From the NCBI GenBank assembly GCA_030770535.1, contig JASVEC010000028.1, positions 62,001 through 126,000 on the forward strand: 64,000 nucleotides of DNA. The letters are read 5' to 3'. Shown piece after piece: positions 37,519-50,764 of the stretch. The notes under the pieces are model-generated. The model searched no databases and was not told where the DNA came from. It saw only the letters and a list, made by a program, of their open reading frames with translations. The position numbers and the translations under genes are program-made. Each line of letters begins with the position of its first letter. The stretch's first letter is position 1. The DNA comes from Batkoa obscura (lineage: Eukaryota).

Positions 37519-38753
37519 ATGGGTTTTTGTTCAGGGGAAGTAAAATGGAAGCGCGAAGTAATTCACGACCACTCTTTCGATTATGTGGATCCCAAAGACT
37601 TCCACAGTCGCTCTATATGGTTACATATTAAATATCTATTCATGTTCATTTTGGTGGTTCAATCTGTGTTAATCTATGCCTCTGATTTTTGGACTGCTTT
37701 CAATTTAGCATTTAATTATGAGCAGACAAAAACCATTTATTTCCAAGGTAAAGAAAATGATTGGTTTAGATCCATTTTTTTGGCTTCTATCGGGGTCAGT
37801 TTTTTGTTGGCGGTTTATGAATTGAGAAAAGCGTATATTATTTTAAGATCAAGAGATATTTCGTTCACTTATACCAATGTGATTGCACATAGAATCTATA
37901 TTTTGAATTCTTACTCAAATTTTTGTTTCTTTGAGAGGATTGGAACCAACAAAATTTTTTCAGACTTTGTATCATTTTATGTGTTCTTTACGCTTAAAGG
38001 TAATGCTAAATTAGCATTTATATATTAGAATATACTAATGTCAAAATAGGTTGGAAACGAGTATTGTTTGCCCAAGCGCCCAGGGAAGTAATCAAGATGA
38101 TAATCATTTATTACATAGTACAAGCCCAAATAAAAGAGAGGAAAACATTCGATTTTGACTTTCTAAAAAATATATTCAATGGTAACGTGGTCTATATGAT
38201 ATCTATAATATCATTAGTGATCACCAATATCCTTTTTATCTTTTCAATCTTACAGGTCATGATCTCAGGCTTACTATATATACCTTTACTATTCAAGATT
38301 CAAGGTAACTTAAAAGAATACTGCTGTCATAAGATTGACAAGCGTATTACCAAGTTACTACAAACTCAGTCCCAGAAACGTATAAAAGAGAATGAAGTGT
38401 ATAAACTAAGTCATTTGAAAAAAGAGAGTGAAAGTTTGATCAAACCAACGCTACCCAAGATCCAACTAGATGAAGACGACAAGTCAACATACTCCCATCA
38501 ATCCACGAACTCAACTACTACATTAACTGGGGGTAAAGCGAGTAAGAATGGAATGCGTCCTTTTTCACCATCTGATCAGACAGTCAGTAGTAGGTCTAAC
38601 ACACCTACCAATGACGGGAATACGTTTAGAAATACGGCTAGATCCCCCAGTCATCAGCATTCGTTTTCAGGGAATTCAAACGCGTCTGGCAATTACAGGC
38701 CGCCGCCCTCTGTGTTTTCCAATGGTAAAAATAGTAGATCGCCCCCGTTTTAG
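37519..38753 (+). CDS. KCH-family fungal low-affinity K+ transporter (Kch1/Prm6-like)
   Basis: WKREVIHDHSFDYVDPKDF, IYASDFWTA, SRDISFTYTN, FVSFYVFFTLK/GWKRVLFAQAPR, GNLKEYCCHKIDKRI. Confidence 0.85.
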
Positions 38754-39359
38754 TTGATTGTGTTTATAATCAAATATATTATTGTACTGTGTGTCAGGAT
38801 TTAAGTTAAATAGGAGGTCGACTTTTTTGTTTGTGCTTTTTTGGTGATTTTATCAGATGTGAAATGATTGATTGAATTGAGTAAATATATTTTAATAAAG
38901 TTTTATAAGTATCATAATAGTAGTGTTTTTGAAAATGATTAAGTAGTAATTTAAGTTTAGAAAAGTTTATTTTAGCTTTTGTACAAGTATATTGTTTTAT
39001 TTAAGAATCTAGTTAATAATTTTACATTCTATGCTACTTGAAAAGTGGACAAAATAGCAAATCAAAAAGGGATTACAACATAATTTCTAATAATGTTATA
39101 CACAGTTGGTTAAGTAACAGACAAATCTATAATAATATATTTTAAGTATTCTAGGTATCAGTTTGCTTTAAATAGCTTTAATTAGCTACATCTTTTACAA
39201 TAAAGGCCATTATCAAGTTATAAAAAACAGAAGTAGATTTATAGAGATTATTTATGTTTAGCATTACGCTTGTTATTTTATTGAAAATAATACATTAAAA
39301 TTAAAAAATTAAAGAGTTTAAAGTTTTAAAATATAATTTTAATAATAATACTAAATAAT

Positions 39360-41469
39360 TTAGATTCTGTTAACAAGGTGAGGTACTTGCCTGTTGGAAT
39401 AATAGTCAAGAGCCTTCTTGGCCTTTTCAGCTACCTTAGCTGGGGTGATACCAAAGGTTTCATAAAGTTGATTGGCAGGGGCAGAAGCACCGAAACTTGT
39501 CATACCGACTTGAGCATGAGCATATTTTTCCCATCCAAAGACGCCTAAAGCTTCACAAGAAATAACTGGTAAACCTTCAGTGAAAACTGAATTCTTATAA
39601 TCTTGGCTTTGCTCTTCAAATAATTCAAAGCATGGGAAAGAAACAATACGAGCTGAGATACCTTCTTCAGCAAGTTTCTTAGCAGCATCAAGAATGATAG
39701 CTACTTCAGTACCAGTAGCTACTAAAGTAACTTTAGCGTCTTGTGGATTTTCTAAAACGTAAGCTCCCTTAAGGGCTTTTTCAATGGAGGATCCTTTAAG
39801 ATTTGGTACTCCCTGACGAGACAAGGATAAAACAGAGGAGGAATGGAAGTGAGTTAAAGCAGCATAGTAAGCAGCAGAAGTTTCATTACCATCAGCTGGA
39901 CGATATACGTAAGTGTTTGGAGTAGCACGTAACATGGTTAAAGTTTCAATAGGTTGATGGGTTGGACCATCTTCACCAAGGCCAATGGAGTCATGGGTCA
40001 TAATGTAAATACCTTGTAATTCAGATACAGCAGTAAGACGGGAAGCACCAGCAGCGTAGGAGATGAAGTTAAGGAAAGTGGCACCAAATGGGATATGAGC
40101 ACCATAAGCGGAGATACCATTCATAATGGAAGCCATACCATGTTCACGTACACCAAATCTAAGGTAACGACCAGAGAAATCGCCATGACCAGTGGATGGT
40201 GGTTGGAAATCAACAGCCTCCTTCCAACGGGTAAGATTAGATGGAGTCAAATCAGCAGATCCACCAATAAGTTCAGGTAAATGTGGGGCAAGGGCGCTGA
40301 TGACTTTACCACTGAAAGCACGGGTGGCTTGGGCAGGGTCTTCTGGGCTGAAAGTTGGTAAAAGTTTTTCCCAACCTTCTGGTAAGCGTTTTTCAAGACG
40401 ACGCACGATTTCATTGGCCTTTTCAGGGAATTTACCTTTATATTGTTCAAATAAAGTGTTCCATTCTTGTTCGGCTTTGCCACCTTTTTGTTGAACTTCA
40501 TTATAAAGGTCTTGGACTTCTTGTGGAACATAGAAGTGCTTTTCAGGGTCAAAACCAAACTCATTCTTGGCTTTAACGATACCATCCTTACCAAGTGGGG
40601 ATCCATGGGCAGAGTGAGTACCAGCAACGTGGGAACCAAAACCAATGGTAGTAGTTACTTTGATTAATGAGGGTTTATCAGTTACTTTTTTAGCTTCTTC
40701 AATTGCTTTCAAGATTGATTCGAGGTCATTGTCACCATCTGGGATAGATTGTACATGCCATCCATAAGCTTCGTAACGTTTAACAACATCTTCAGTGAAA
40801 CCAAGTTCAGTTGAACCATCAATTTGGATATGGTTAGAGTCGTATAAAGCAATAATTTTACCAAGTTGAAGGTGACCAGCTAATGAGGAAGCTTCACTAG
40901 AAACACCTTCTTGTAAACAACCATCACCAAGGATGACATAAGTATATGAATCAAAGAGGTTAAAGCCTTCTTGGTTATATGTAGCAGCCATGTTGGCTTC
41001 AGCAACAGCAAGACCAACGGCATTTGAAATACCTTGACCTAATGGACCAGTAGTTACTTCAACACCTTCAGTAAGATGGGATTCTGGATGTCCTGGACAG
41101 AGGGAGTTTAATTGACGGAATGCCTTTAAATCTTCAATAGATAATTTATAGCCAGAAAGATGTAATAAAGAGTAAAGTAAAGCAGAAGCATGACCATTTG
41201 ATAAGACAAATCTATCACGATTTACCTAATGAGAGGTGTTAAATATGAAATAATATTAGGGGATATTAAAAAACAATATAGAATATAATAATAGTACTTA
41301 CCCATTTTGGATTCTTTGGATTAAACTTCATGACTTTAGAAAATAAGGCATGGGCCATTGGAGCACATCCCATAGGGGCGCCAGGATGACCAGAGTTAGC
41401 AGCTTGAACTTGTTCAGCTGAAAGGACACGGATTGTGTTGATAGCGAGTTGGTCGATTTGAGAAACCAT
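39360..41469 (-). CDS. TKL1: Transketolase
   Basis: [53 protein letters not shown]; one intron. Confidence 0.98.
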
Positions 41470-42466
41470 TTTTGATAAATATTTAGCAATTACTTTCATT
41501 TAAAGTTATATTTTTGAGTTTATATACTCTTCATAATGAAACGAGGCTCGAAATTGATTGGCTAAATTAATTCATTGACCTGGAAAAATAGTAAAGATTT
41601 AAAAGCTATTCTTCAAAGTTGTAAATCAATTGGCTGTAGCCCCTAATTTAATACTACTTTCTTCTAAAGTTATCAAATTGTATTGGTATTAAAAATCTTC
41701 TTTTGTTAAGTGACGTAACCTAGGAGTTATTAACCTTTAGCTACAAATTGAAACGTATATCATATGGTGGTGTATCTATTAATAAAAAATGTTATTAATA
41801 GGAAATGAAAATCAATATATTAATAATGCAGACTACTATTTCTTTATCTAAACATAATATCTTTGAGTTATTTATTATTTCTTGTATAAGAAATAGTGAA
41901 AAATTGATTTATAAGTGATTATAAATTGTGCGAAACAGTTTTACGCAAAGGATCAAGATTCCTTTTATTGGTTCTTATTAGTTCTACCTATTACAAAGCA
42001 AAATTAAGCTGTAGCGTGGGTTAATTTAACCGATAGTTTAATTATCTTTCTAATATACCTCGTTTAAGTTTAGTCGTATTAGTATATAAATGAAACTTAT
42101 GAATTTGTCTTGTATCTTTATAAATACAACCAACAACGTTGTATTAAATTAATAGATACACATCAAGGTTATAAATATCATTAATAAACATGACATTATC
42201 ATTACCATTATCACAAGGTAAAGAAAATGTATTTATACAATTAGCCTATTTGGATAATTCTTTTACTAAATATGAAATTATGGTTAAAAACATGATTTGG
42301 TTATATATTAGAATTAAAGAGAACCTTTTAGAAAATAAATATTTAGCAAAGCGTTATTACATCAGTGATAAGGTATATAGAGACATCAAATAACTTTTTG
42401 TAAAAAGATTTCCCATGTTATAGCATACTTATGTAGTTAAAGTGAAGCAAGACGAAGTTAACAAAT

Positions 42467-42563
42467 GGGGATCTATTTTTTGTTAAGAGTTTCACTAATA
42501 GCTTTTCCACTTAAATAGCGCTTAAAAAATGGAAAAAGTGATGAAATCAAAAAAAACACCCCC
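42467..42563 (+). mobile_element. MITE copy 7, TSD AAAT
   Basis: Family consensus; AAAT on both flanks. Confidence 0.85.
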
Positions 42564-43309
42564 AAATGCTTATTTAATAGCACTAGTATATTAAATGAAA
42601 AAAATTATAAAATTTAATACAATAGTCAATAAGAACAAATTTAATTTTATTATTAATTTAAAAGCAAAAACATTGTTCATATCATCCTATGAGTGATAAT
42701 ATATATCACCAATGTCTATAAAAATGATAACTTGAGAGTATGATACTATTTTAAATACCTTAGACACAAATTCTTTCAAGGTTCTTAACTGGTAGAGCTC
42801 CAGATATGAAGCTAAAAAAGTTAAAAAATATTATTAAATTTCAAATTTTATTACTTCTTGTAAAAGAATTCTTTTTATTCACATTGTGATATGAGGAAGT
42901 AAGAAAAATTATATTGATATATTAAAGGTTAATAGTATTAAGTATGAATCTATCCGAAATCAAAAAATTTAGTGCTTGTTATTTAGTCAAAAATATAAAA
43001 TGAAAATGAAGTAAAAATTATAGAAGTAAAAATTATAAAAGTAAAAAACTTACTTTATTTAGATATATTTTACTACTATTTAATTATTACTACATATACT
43101 AAATATAGATGTCACTGTCCGGAAATATTAGTTATATTTAATAGATGTTAATTTAAAGTTATCAAAATTTTGGTGTGAGTATTTGGTCTAATATTGATAT
43201 ATTTGGATATTATAGTATATATAAGACTGTAGTATATATTTATTGGTTTATACCTTACTAAAGATATCCGATATTTTAACATGTGAATAATTTTATAAAT
43301 ATACTATAT

Positions 43310-43407
43310 GGGGATGTATTTTTTTATTTAAGAATTTTACTAACAATCTTTCCGCTCAAATAACGTTTAAAAAATGGAAAAAGTGATGAAACCAAAAAAA
43401 CATCCCC
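43310..43407 (+). mobile_element. MITE copy 8
   Basis: Family consensus; flanks ATAT / ATTT. Confidence 0.85.
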
Positions 43408-44542
43408 ATTTATTGTTTTGTTTAATCCTAATTTTATTGAATTCGAGTACTTCATTTATTTATTTTAACCTAAACCTATATAAATATTATAAATATAATA
43501 ATATGTCAATAAAAATGTATAACGTTTTTTTTAATAACATTGTTGATATCCATATAACAAGTATTTTCAGTTATCCTGAAACAACAAAAAAATAAATTTA
43601 TTGGTATAAAATATTAAAAAAGCAAATGAAAATGTCAATAAATATTTATTAAAAAGATAACTAAAAATAAATTAAAAAAACAGCAAATGTTCTTAAAATA
43701 AAAAGTAAAACATTCTTCCAATATTCAATTTAAAAAGAAATTTTATTTTAATCCTTAATTATTTTGCGCTCTTTAATATGATAAAAAAAGGTTTAAATTA
43801 AAAAAAAGTACTATATGATAAAAGAAGCTTCTTTCTACGCTCTGGCTTTTAATATTTTTCTAAAATGAATAACAATCCTCTTACTAAATATAATAACAAT
43901 ATATATATATATAATATATATATAATATATATTTGATTATAGAATCGAATCACTTACAATATAGTATGAAATATTAGAAATAGAATAAATTAAAAAATAA
44001 TAATTTTAATTAATTTTGGATTCTTATTTCGGTAAAATTCGATGATATAATAAATCCTTGTTACATAATGGGGTAGATTCTATTTATTTGATTTTGAGAC
44101 ATAATATTATTATTTTGGTTAGTAGGTTTTATATAATAATGAAGTATTATATATCATGTTACTATTTGATACTATAGACTTATTATAGCCCAGTTAATAT
44201 TATATATTAAATAATTTATATCTACTAACTTAATTCTAAAAGTATTTAGCAGTAACATTCATATATGTAATATTATAAAAATTTTCTTTTTTCTTTCAAA
44301 ATAAACCTGTTTAGTTAATTTAATAAAAATAGTAATCAAAAGATTACTACCCTTTTAAATAAGTTCTAATTAAAATAGGTGATACCAATATAAAAGGGCC
44401 TTAAACTTATTATCACTACAAAAAAGCCACCATTTCCTTTTTTAATAATAATACTCCTTGTTCTATTAGCATCTTAAATCAATATATATATTAAAAGATT
44501 AAAAAACTTATAAGAAAACACTTTTAAATCTTTTTAATAACT

Positions 44543-45037
44543 ATGAAATTATTTCCATTTTTTTTACTATCAATTTTAACCGTGAATGCTGTTGATTTGA
44601 CTTGTGGTGATTTTCATAAAGCATTTACAGCAATATGTAATGAACTTGGGGCAGCGATGCCAACTGTATTAAAAAATATAGGCTCTTGTCAATCTACTTG
44701 TAAAGATGATAATTGTAAAGATTTATGTTCCCAAACTTATTTCATGAAAATTATTGATCCAAAAGTATTGAATCCTATCGTTGACTGTGTTAAACAAAAT
44801 CGTAATGATATTACTATGCTTTCTGATTGTACTAAAGTAGATCAAAAAACCGCTAACACTACATTGAATTGTTTGGAGAACTGTAAAAATGAAAATTCAT
44901 GCGAGTTGGAATGTAAGTTAGATCTCTATCAATTCAAAAAGAAAGGCGGATTCCAAAAAAGCAGTTTGGCTATAAATCTCAATCTCCCTAACTTTATTGT
45001 TTTGTTTATTTTATCCTTTATGACTATACTGCTTTAA
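44543..45037 (+). CDS. Secreted, probably GPI-anchored 12-Cys protein (paralogue of 5408-5938)
   Basis: Signal peptide, DLTC, same 12-Cys pattern, hydrophobic C-terminus; intronless. Confidence 0.8.
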   Translation: MKLFPFFLLSILTVNAVDLTCGDFHKAFTAICNELGAAMPTVLKNIGSCQSTCKDDNCKDLCSQTYFMKIIDPKVLNPIVDCVKQNRNDITMLSDCTKVDQKTANTTLNCLENCKNENSCELECKLDLYQFKKKGGFQKSSLAINLNLPNFIVLFILSFMTILL

Positions 45038-45554
45038 TCAAATAAATTTATATCAAAAGTTAAAAGTATCTATGAAAACTTATTATTTAAATATTTATTA
45101 TTATTGTTATTTCATATTGTAATACGCTACTTGTAAATTTTGAACTATAAAAGTTTAAATAGTTAGATTGATTTTAAAAAAACATTGACATCTTTTATTA
45201 TATTAAAAGTCAATCTATGAATTGAAATGATTAAAAATTCAACATCATTTGATATTGAAAAAAGTTCTATCTTAGTATAACAAAAATAGTAAAAGGTAAT
45301 AAATATAAAGTTAGTTTTGTATCTCATTGTATTAGGACAATTTTATTATTTTTTAACCAATCTAAACTTTTTGACTTCATTTTGACAAAATAGAAATATT
45401 CGTTACAATAAAACTATTTTTTGTTTAATGGAAAAATAAATAGTGGTGAGTTTTCTACTTGTATACTACTGTTAACAATATTTATATTTATGTCATTACA
45501 AAATTTTGATGTGGTAACTTTGATATAGATAATCCACTATAACTTCAAATATGT

Positions 45555-45651
45555 GGAGATGTTTTTTTTGGTTTCATCACTTTTTCCATTTTTTAAGCGC
45601 TAGTTAAGTGGAAAGATTGTTAGTAAAATCCTTAAACAAAAATACGTCCCC
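45555..45651 (-). mobile_element. MITE copy 9
   Basis: Family consensus in reverse orientation; TSD not cleanly preserved. Confidence 0.8.
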
Positions 45652-46132
45652 AAATCCCTTTTTTTTTATTACAGTTTTTTTATACTTTTTTTTAGTATTT
45701 AAATATTCAATTTAATATAATATTAACATTAGTCTATTTTTTATTGAATATTTATTAAAAATAAGATTTAATTTATTTATAGCATTTTTATATTAGTTTT
45801 TAATTAATATTTATCAAAATTAAAAATTAAAAAGTAATACAATATACTGATTAAAAAATAAAGTAACTTAATAAATATTCTTAATAAATTAAAATATAAA
45901 ATATAAATAATACAAACTAATATTAATTATTAAAGTTCAGATTTCAAATTAATTTAAACAATATAATAATATTGAATGATTTCCCTATAATTTAAAAAAA
46001 TCATAGTTTTTAAATTAAAAACTGTTATAAGATATGATATAGTTATTTATAAAATATATAATTTAACTATAAAAAATAAATATTTTAGATTTATTTAATA
46101 CAGCTTTGATTGAATTAAATAAATATAAATTA

Positions 46133-46167
<35 letters not shown>

Positions 46168-46242
46168 TTTTTAAATTAAAGCTTTAAGAGCTATTTATAA
46201 AATAGTTTAATATTAATATTAATATTAATATTTACTTAATAT

Positions 46243-46337
46243 GGGGATGTATTTTTTTGTAAGAATTTTACTGATAGCTTTTCCACTAAAATAGTGGCTA
46301 AAAAAAGGAAAAAGTAACAAAATTAAAAAACACCCCC
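46243..46337 (+). mobile_element. MITE copy 10, TSD ATAT
   Basis: Family consensus; ATAT on both flanks. Confidence 0.85.
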
Positions 46338-46519
46338 ATATCTTTTTTTTCTATATTATAAAATATAACCCAGATTTAACAATACTTAAATTAATAATAG
46401 ATCTAAGCTTTGATTTTACTTATATAAATAAATAAAAAATTGAATAATAATAAAATATGATTTTTTTTTAATGAAATTATTTATACTAATTTAATTAAAC
46501 AAATAACCCATTTAAATAT

Positions 46520-47119
46520 AGGAATGTTTTTTTTGGTTTTGTGAAATATTGGTTTATCAGCTCTCGGATTAATTATAAGATAATAATCATTGAACTTGTT
46601 TACAAAACTAGTTGTAGTCTTGTAATCAATTTAACCGTGAACCATGTGGTATAATCAATCCAGAGTTCCTTGTTTTGATTTGTTGTGAGGATTTATAACT
46701 TCATATTGCAAACAATATTATCTTCTCGTTTTGATATCCATACTTGTTAAAGTATAAAAGAGATCCTTCAATATGATAACTCAAGGCTTTTTAATTGGAT
46801 TACTCCCTGATAACGTATCATTAATAAAGTCACTAAGTCTTTCTGGCAATATCTTACGTAGATTTTACAGTAGTATTTTCTATTCTATTTATTTTACATA
46901 ATTCATAGTTTATTACGTATTATTTCTATTAAGTTGAGTCTATCTTAGTTACATAAACTAAGCCTGTTCGACTCAAGACAAGTTAATTAAGCAAGAGTAG
47001 CTTTTAACTCCGACCACTGAGTATCAACTTTCACAGTTTCATTACTTTTTCCATTTTTTAAGCGCTATTTAAGTGGAAAAGTTATCAAGTAAAATTCTTA
47101 AACAAAAAAATACATTCTT
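46520..47119 (-). mobile_element. MITE copy 11, split by a 496-bp insertion
   Basis: 46520-46539 plus 47036-47119 reconstitute a reverse-orientation copy; ATAT flanks. Confidence 0.8.
46540..47035. mobile_element. Probable solo LTR (TG...CA), 4-bp TSD GTTT
   Basis: Begins TGTGAAA and ends TTTCACA; GTTT duplicated on both sides; non-coding; interrupts a MITE. Confidence 0.7.
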
Positions 47120-48683
47120 ATATGTTAAAATAATTAAGTGACTAAAATGAACTTTGGTAATTCTGATAAACCAATTGAAATATATTAATATTACCCAGAA
47201 GCTGAATTGTTTTTAAGAATTCTGTTATTAAATTATGATTTAAAAATATTTTAAGGATAAAATTAGCAATAAATGAAAAACTTAGGTTGAATATTATTTA
47301 AGCCTTTATGTTAATAATAATTATGTTAATTTTAAAAACTGTATAAAAATAATTAAATAAGTTAGAAAAAACTTATAATTAAGTCAAAGCATTCAATATT
47401 GAATTAAAAATATTAATAAAAGTTTTCCCAGTATTAAAAACTTTAATAAATCATTTTAAAAAATTTTAATAGCCTTTTTATACACATCAATAATTAAAGT
47501 TAATAATAATAATAAAATGCTTTAAAGGCAATAAAAAATCATTTATGTATAAAATTATATTAAATTAAATGGATATTATTTAATAATCTTAATTTTAGAT
47601 TATTTAAATGATAATATCTTTATATCATTTGCTTTAAGTGGTTCTATACTTAAAATAATAATTAACTATAACTTATTTTATATAATAATAGAAATTGATT
47701 AAATATTAATAAAATTTATATTATTATACTTTTTGGGGTTCATTGTATGTTATTTTTAATCAAGCTAATACCAATGTAAATTTAAGGTTATCAGAGTCAA
47801 AAGTCAATAATTGGTTCTATTTTGAACATATTGATGCTTATTTAACTTCTTTTAATCTAGAATTATAAATATATTATTAGTTATTTGATTTATTAAAATT
47901 CATACTTTTATTCACTAGTAGTTTTATACAACTTAAATTTTATTTAAATACTAAAATGCATATACTTTCAAAGATGTTATTTAATTAAACAATGTAAGAT
48001 AAAATATCAATGAAAATTTAATTAATAAAAGTAGATAGTAAATATTTTTACTTAAAATGAAAATAAAATATGATCAATATTAACTCAGCTTTAATTATTG
48101 TTATAAAAGCATTGGTTTTTTATATAACAAGTTTAATCACTTGAGTACCGTGGATGAACATTGTATGGCTAATTTTTGTTAATTAAAATAAAATCATGAC
48201 AAATATTGCTTCTATAGTTTAAATCAAACTAACTCTGGGTATTGAGGAGTATCAAAAAATATTAATTTAATTGATATGAAATTGATTAGAAATCATGGTC
48301 CAATCGAACAGAATTTTTTTGAGGTGTCTAATATTCAAAGGGTCAATTATGATTCTTTTTTAAATTTTCAACTTAAAGTAGTTAAAAGTTTGATATTTAA
48401 AAACATATTTCTATTCTTTTTGTATTGATTAACTATTTTTATAAAGATATGTTAAATAACTTGAAGGATAATAATGTGGTTTAATCAAATTAATTTTGAT
48501 ACTCTTATAATCTATAATTATATCCTTACATCTTTGTTAGTAAAGTAACTAAATGTATCAGAGAATTTGTTTTTTAATAAATAATCGACAAAATCGCAGC
48601 TTTAAAAAAGAATATTGAAAAAAATTAAAGAATTTGTTTTTAATATTTTTTAGACTGTAAGACATTAAATAAAAATTTAAATA

Positions 48684-49917
48684 ATGGAAGAATATAAGGG
48701 AATAACTATCAAAGGGAAGGAATTAAACTATTATGAATTTCTGGGATTGGATATTAATGTCAAAGAAGGAAAAGAGATTACCAAAGCTTATCGAGCCAAA
48801 TCTTTAATTTATCATCCAGATAAAAATCAAGAAGATCCAAATGCAGGTAATTTATTCCAATTATTAATTATTGATTTTAATTTTGATTTCGATTTATAGA
48901 ACAGTTATTTGTGTCTTTAAAAAAAGCATATGATACCTTAAAAGATGAGATCAAAAAAAAAGAATATGATAATTATTTAAAAAATACATTAGAAAAGAAG
49001 GAGAGAGTTGGGAGGATGGACGCTACTCGTAAGAGAAACAAAGATGGTAAATATCTATGTTTTTTATATGTTATCCTTTTTCTAAAATAAAAATGATACT
49101 ATTTTTTAGATTTGGAAAGAAGAGAAAGAGAAGCTAAAGAACAAAGGATTTATAAACAACAACAAAAAAAAAGACAAGAATCAGATGTAAGTTTATTATG
49201 TTTTTTATATTCATTTTTTATAATAAAAACCTATAGATTGACAGATTAAGAAAAAACTTTGCTGCTGGAGCAAATAACAATCCATCAGAAGCACCCTATC
49301 AAACATATGAGAAAGAAGTATTACCTGAAATTAAAACGGAAGTAGAATTAATTAGTTTAAAATTAAAAGTATTAGAAAAAGAGATTAAAGCTTCAGATAC
49401 AAGTATAAAAATCAAATGGTCTAAAGAGGAGAATATAAATGAAGAAGAATTGTATGAATTATTTAATTCCTTTGGTACTGTTGAACATATAATTGGTAAT
49501 TATAAAAAAAAAATACCAAATGCATTGATATCATTTACTAATGTTATGGGACCTCATGCCATAATGCAAAACAAATTAAGGAATGATAAAAGGTTGGAGA
49601 AATTCACTGTTTCTTGGGTTAATTCAGAAAATAAAGAACCAGAAAGAGTAACTCAAATCATTAAATTAATGGAAGAATTAGAAGTTGCTATGAGTAAAGA
49701 AAATAATAATAATAATAATAATAATAAAAGAAAGAGAAGTGAAATTCCAAAACAACTTTTTAAGGTAAATTGAATTTTAATTCTAATAATTAATTATATT
49801 AATAATAAATATTAAATAATAATTTTATTTTAGAAAACAGCTTACCTTTCACTTAATGAACTTGAAGCTATGGTTCATTTTAAAGCACAAAGATTTGATC
49901 TTAAATATGGACTTTAA
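48684..49917 (+). CDS. DnaJ + RRM spliceosomal co-chaperone (DNAJC17/Cwf23-like)
   Basis: NYYEFLG..ITKAYRAKSLIYHPDKN, LKKAYDTL, RMDATRKR..DLERRE, SIKIKW..LYELFNSFG. Confidence 0.85.
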
Positions 49918-49966
49918 AATATTAAGTAAAGTTATTTATCTTATTCTTTTTTTTAAATATATATAT

Positions 49967-50065
49967 GGGGGTGTTTTTTTTGGCTTCATTATTTTTTCCA
50001 TCTTTTAAGCACTATTTCAGCGGAAAGATTGTTAGTAAAATTCTTAAACAAAAAAATACATCCCC
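49967..50065 (-). mobile_element. MITE copy 12, TSD ATAT
   Basis: GGGGGTGTTTT...TACATCCCC; ATAT on both flanks. Confidence 0.9.
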
Positions 50066-50165
50066 ATATATAATCTATAAAATTAAAATTAATTATTATT
50101 ATAAATTTTATTAACATATAAAATAGAAAATAGAAACATTAAAACTTATTTTTCATTTATTTATT

Positions 50166-50716
50166 TTAAGTTAATTGATCTTCCACAGGTATAAAATTTT
50201 TCATAGATTCCAAGAGATCTTTAATAATTGATTTTGAAGTAGAAGAGGATATAATTTGATATTGATCAAATAAAAATTTATAAACTTGAACTAAATTCAA
50301 TTGTTCTTGAGTACCTGCTAATTCTTTTTTATTAAATCCTTTTAATTTTTTATTAATTGTATCAGATAAAGTATCAAAAAATAATTTTAATAAATTATTT
50401 AAAAATAAATTTAATTCTTGTTCACCTTCAATAAAATAAGATCGAAATAATGTTTCTTCATCACGAATAATAATAGTTAAATGAGCGATTCCATCTAAAG
50501 TTGATATTATTAAATCATTATGACAAGCTAATTGAATAATAAATGAATTTAAATTACTTGATCGAAAATTTATATAACAATCAAAACAATCTAATAATAA
50601 ATTATTATAATCATTATTTAACATATATCGACTTTCAATTTCAAATATTAATGGTCTTATTTCACTAGCTAAATATCTTAATTTTTGTTGTAAATTATTA
50701 ATATCATTAATATTTA

Positions 50717-50764
<48 letters not shown>

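Noticed and set aside
40095..40667. Several overlapping ORFs within transketolase (also 5730-5960, 12535-12819, 20008-20487, 24377-24898, 29185-29473, 51307-51555, 62744-63004)
   Set aside because: Antisense or alternate-frame shadows of well-supported genes; no independent motifs.
42190..43595. ORFs 42190-42393 and 43374-43595
   Set aside because: Short, low-complexity AT-rich frames; the second starts inside a MITE.
4533..50065. CRISPR array or tRNA/SINE interpretation of the ~97-bp repeat
   Set aside because: Dispersed, in both orientations, with TIRs and TSDs; no regular spacers, cloverleaf or A/B boxes.
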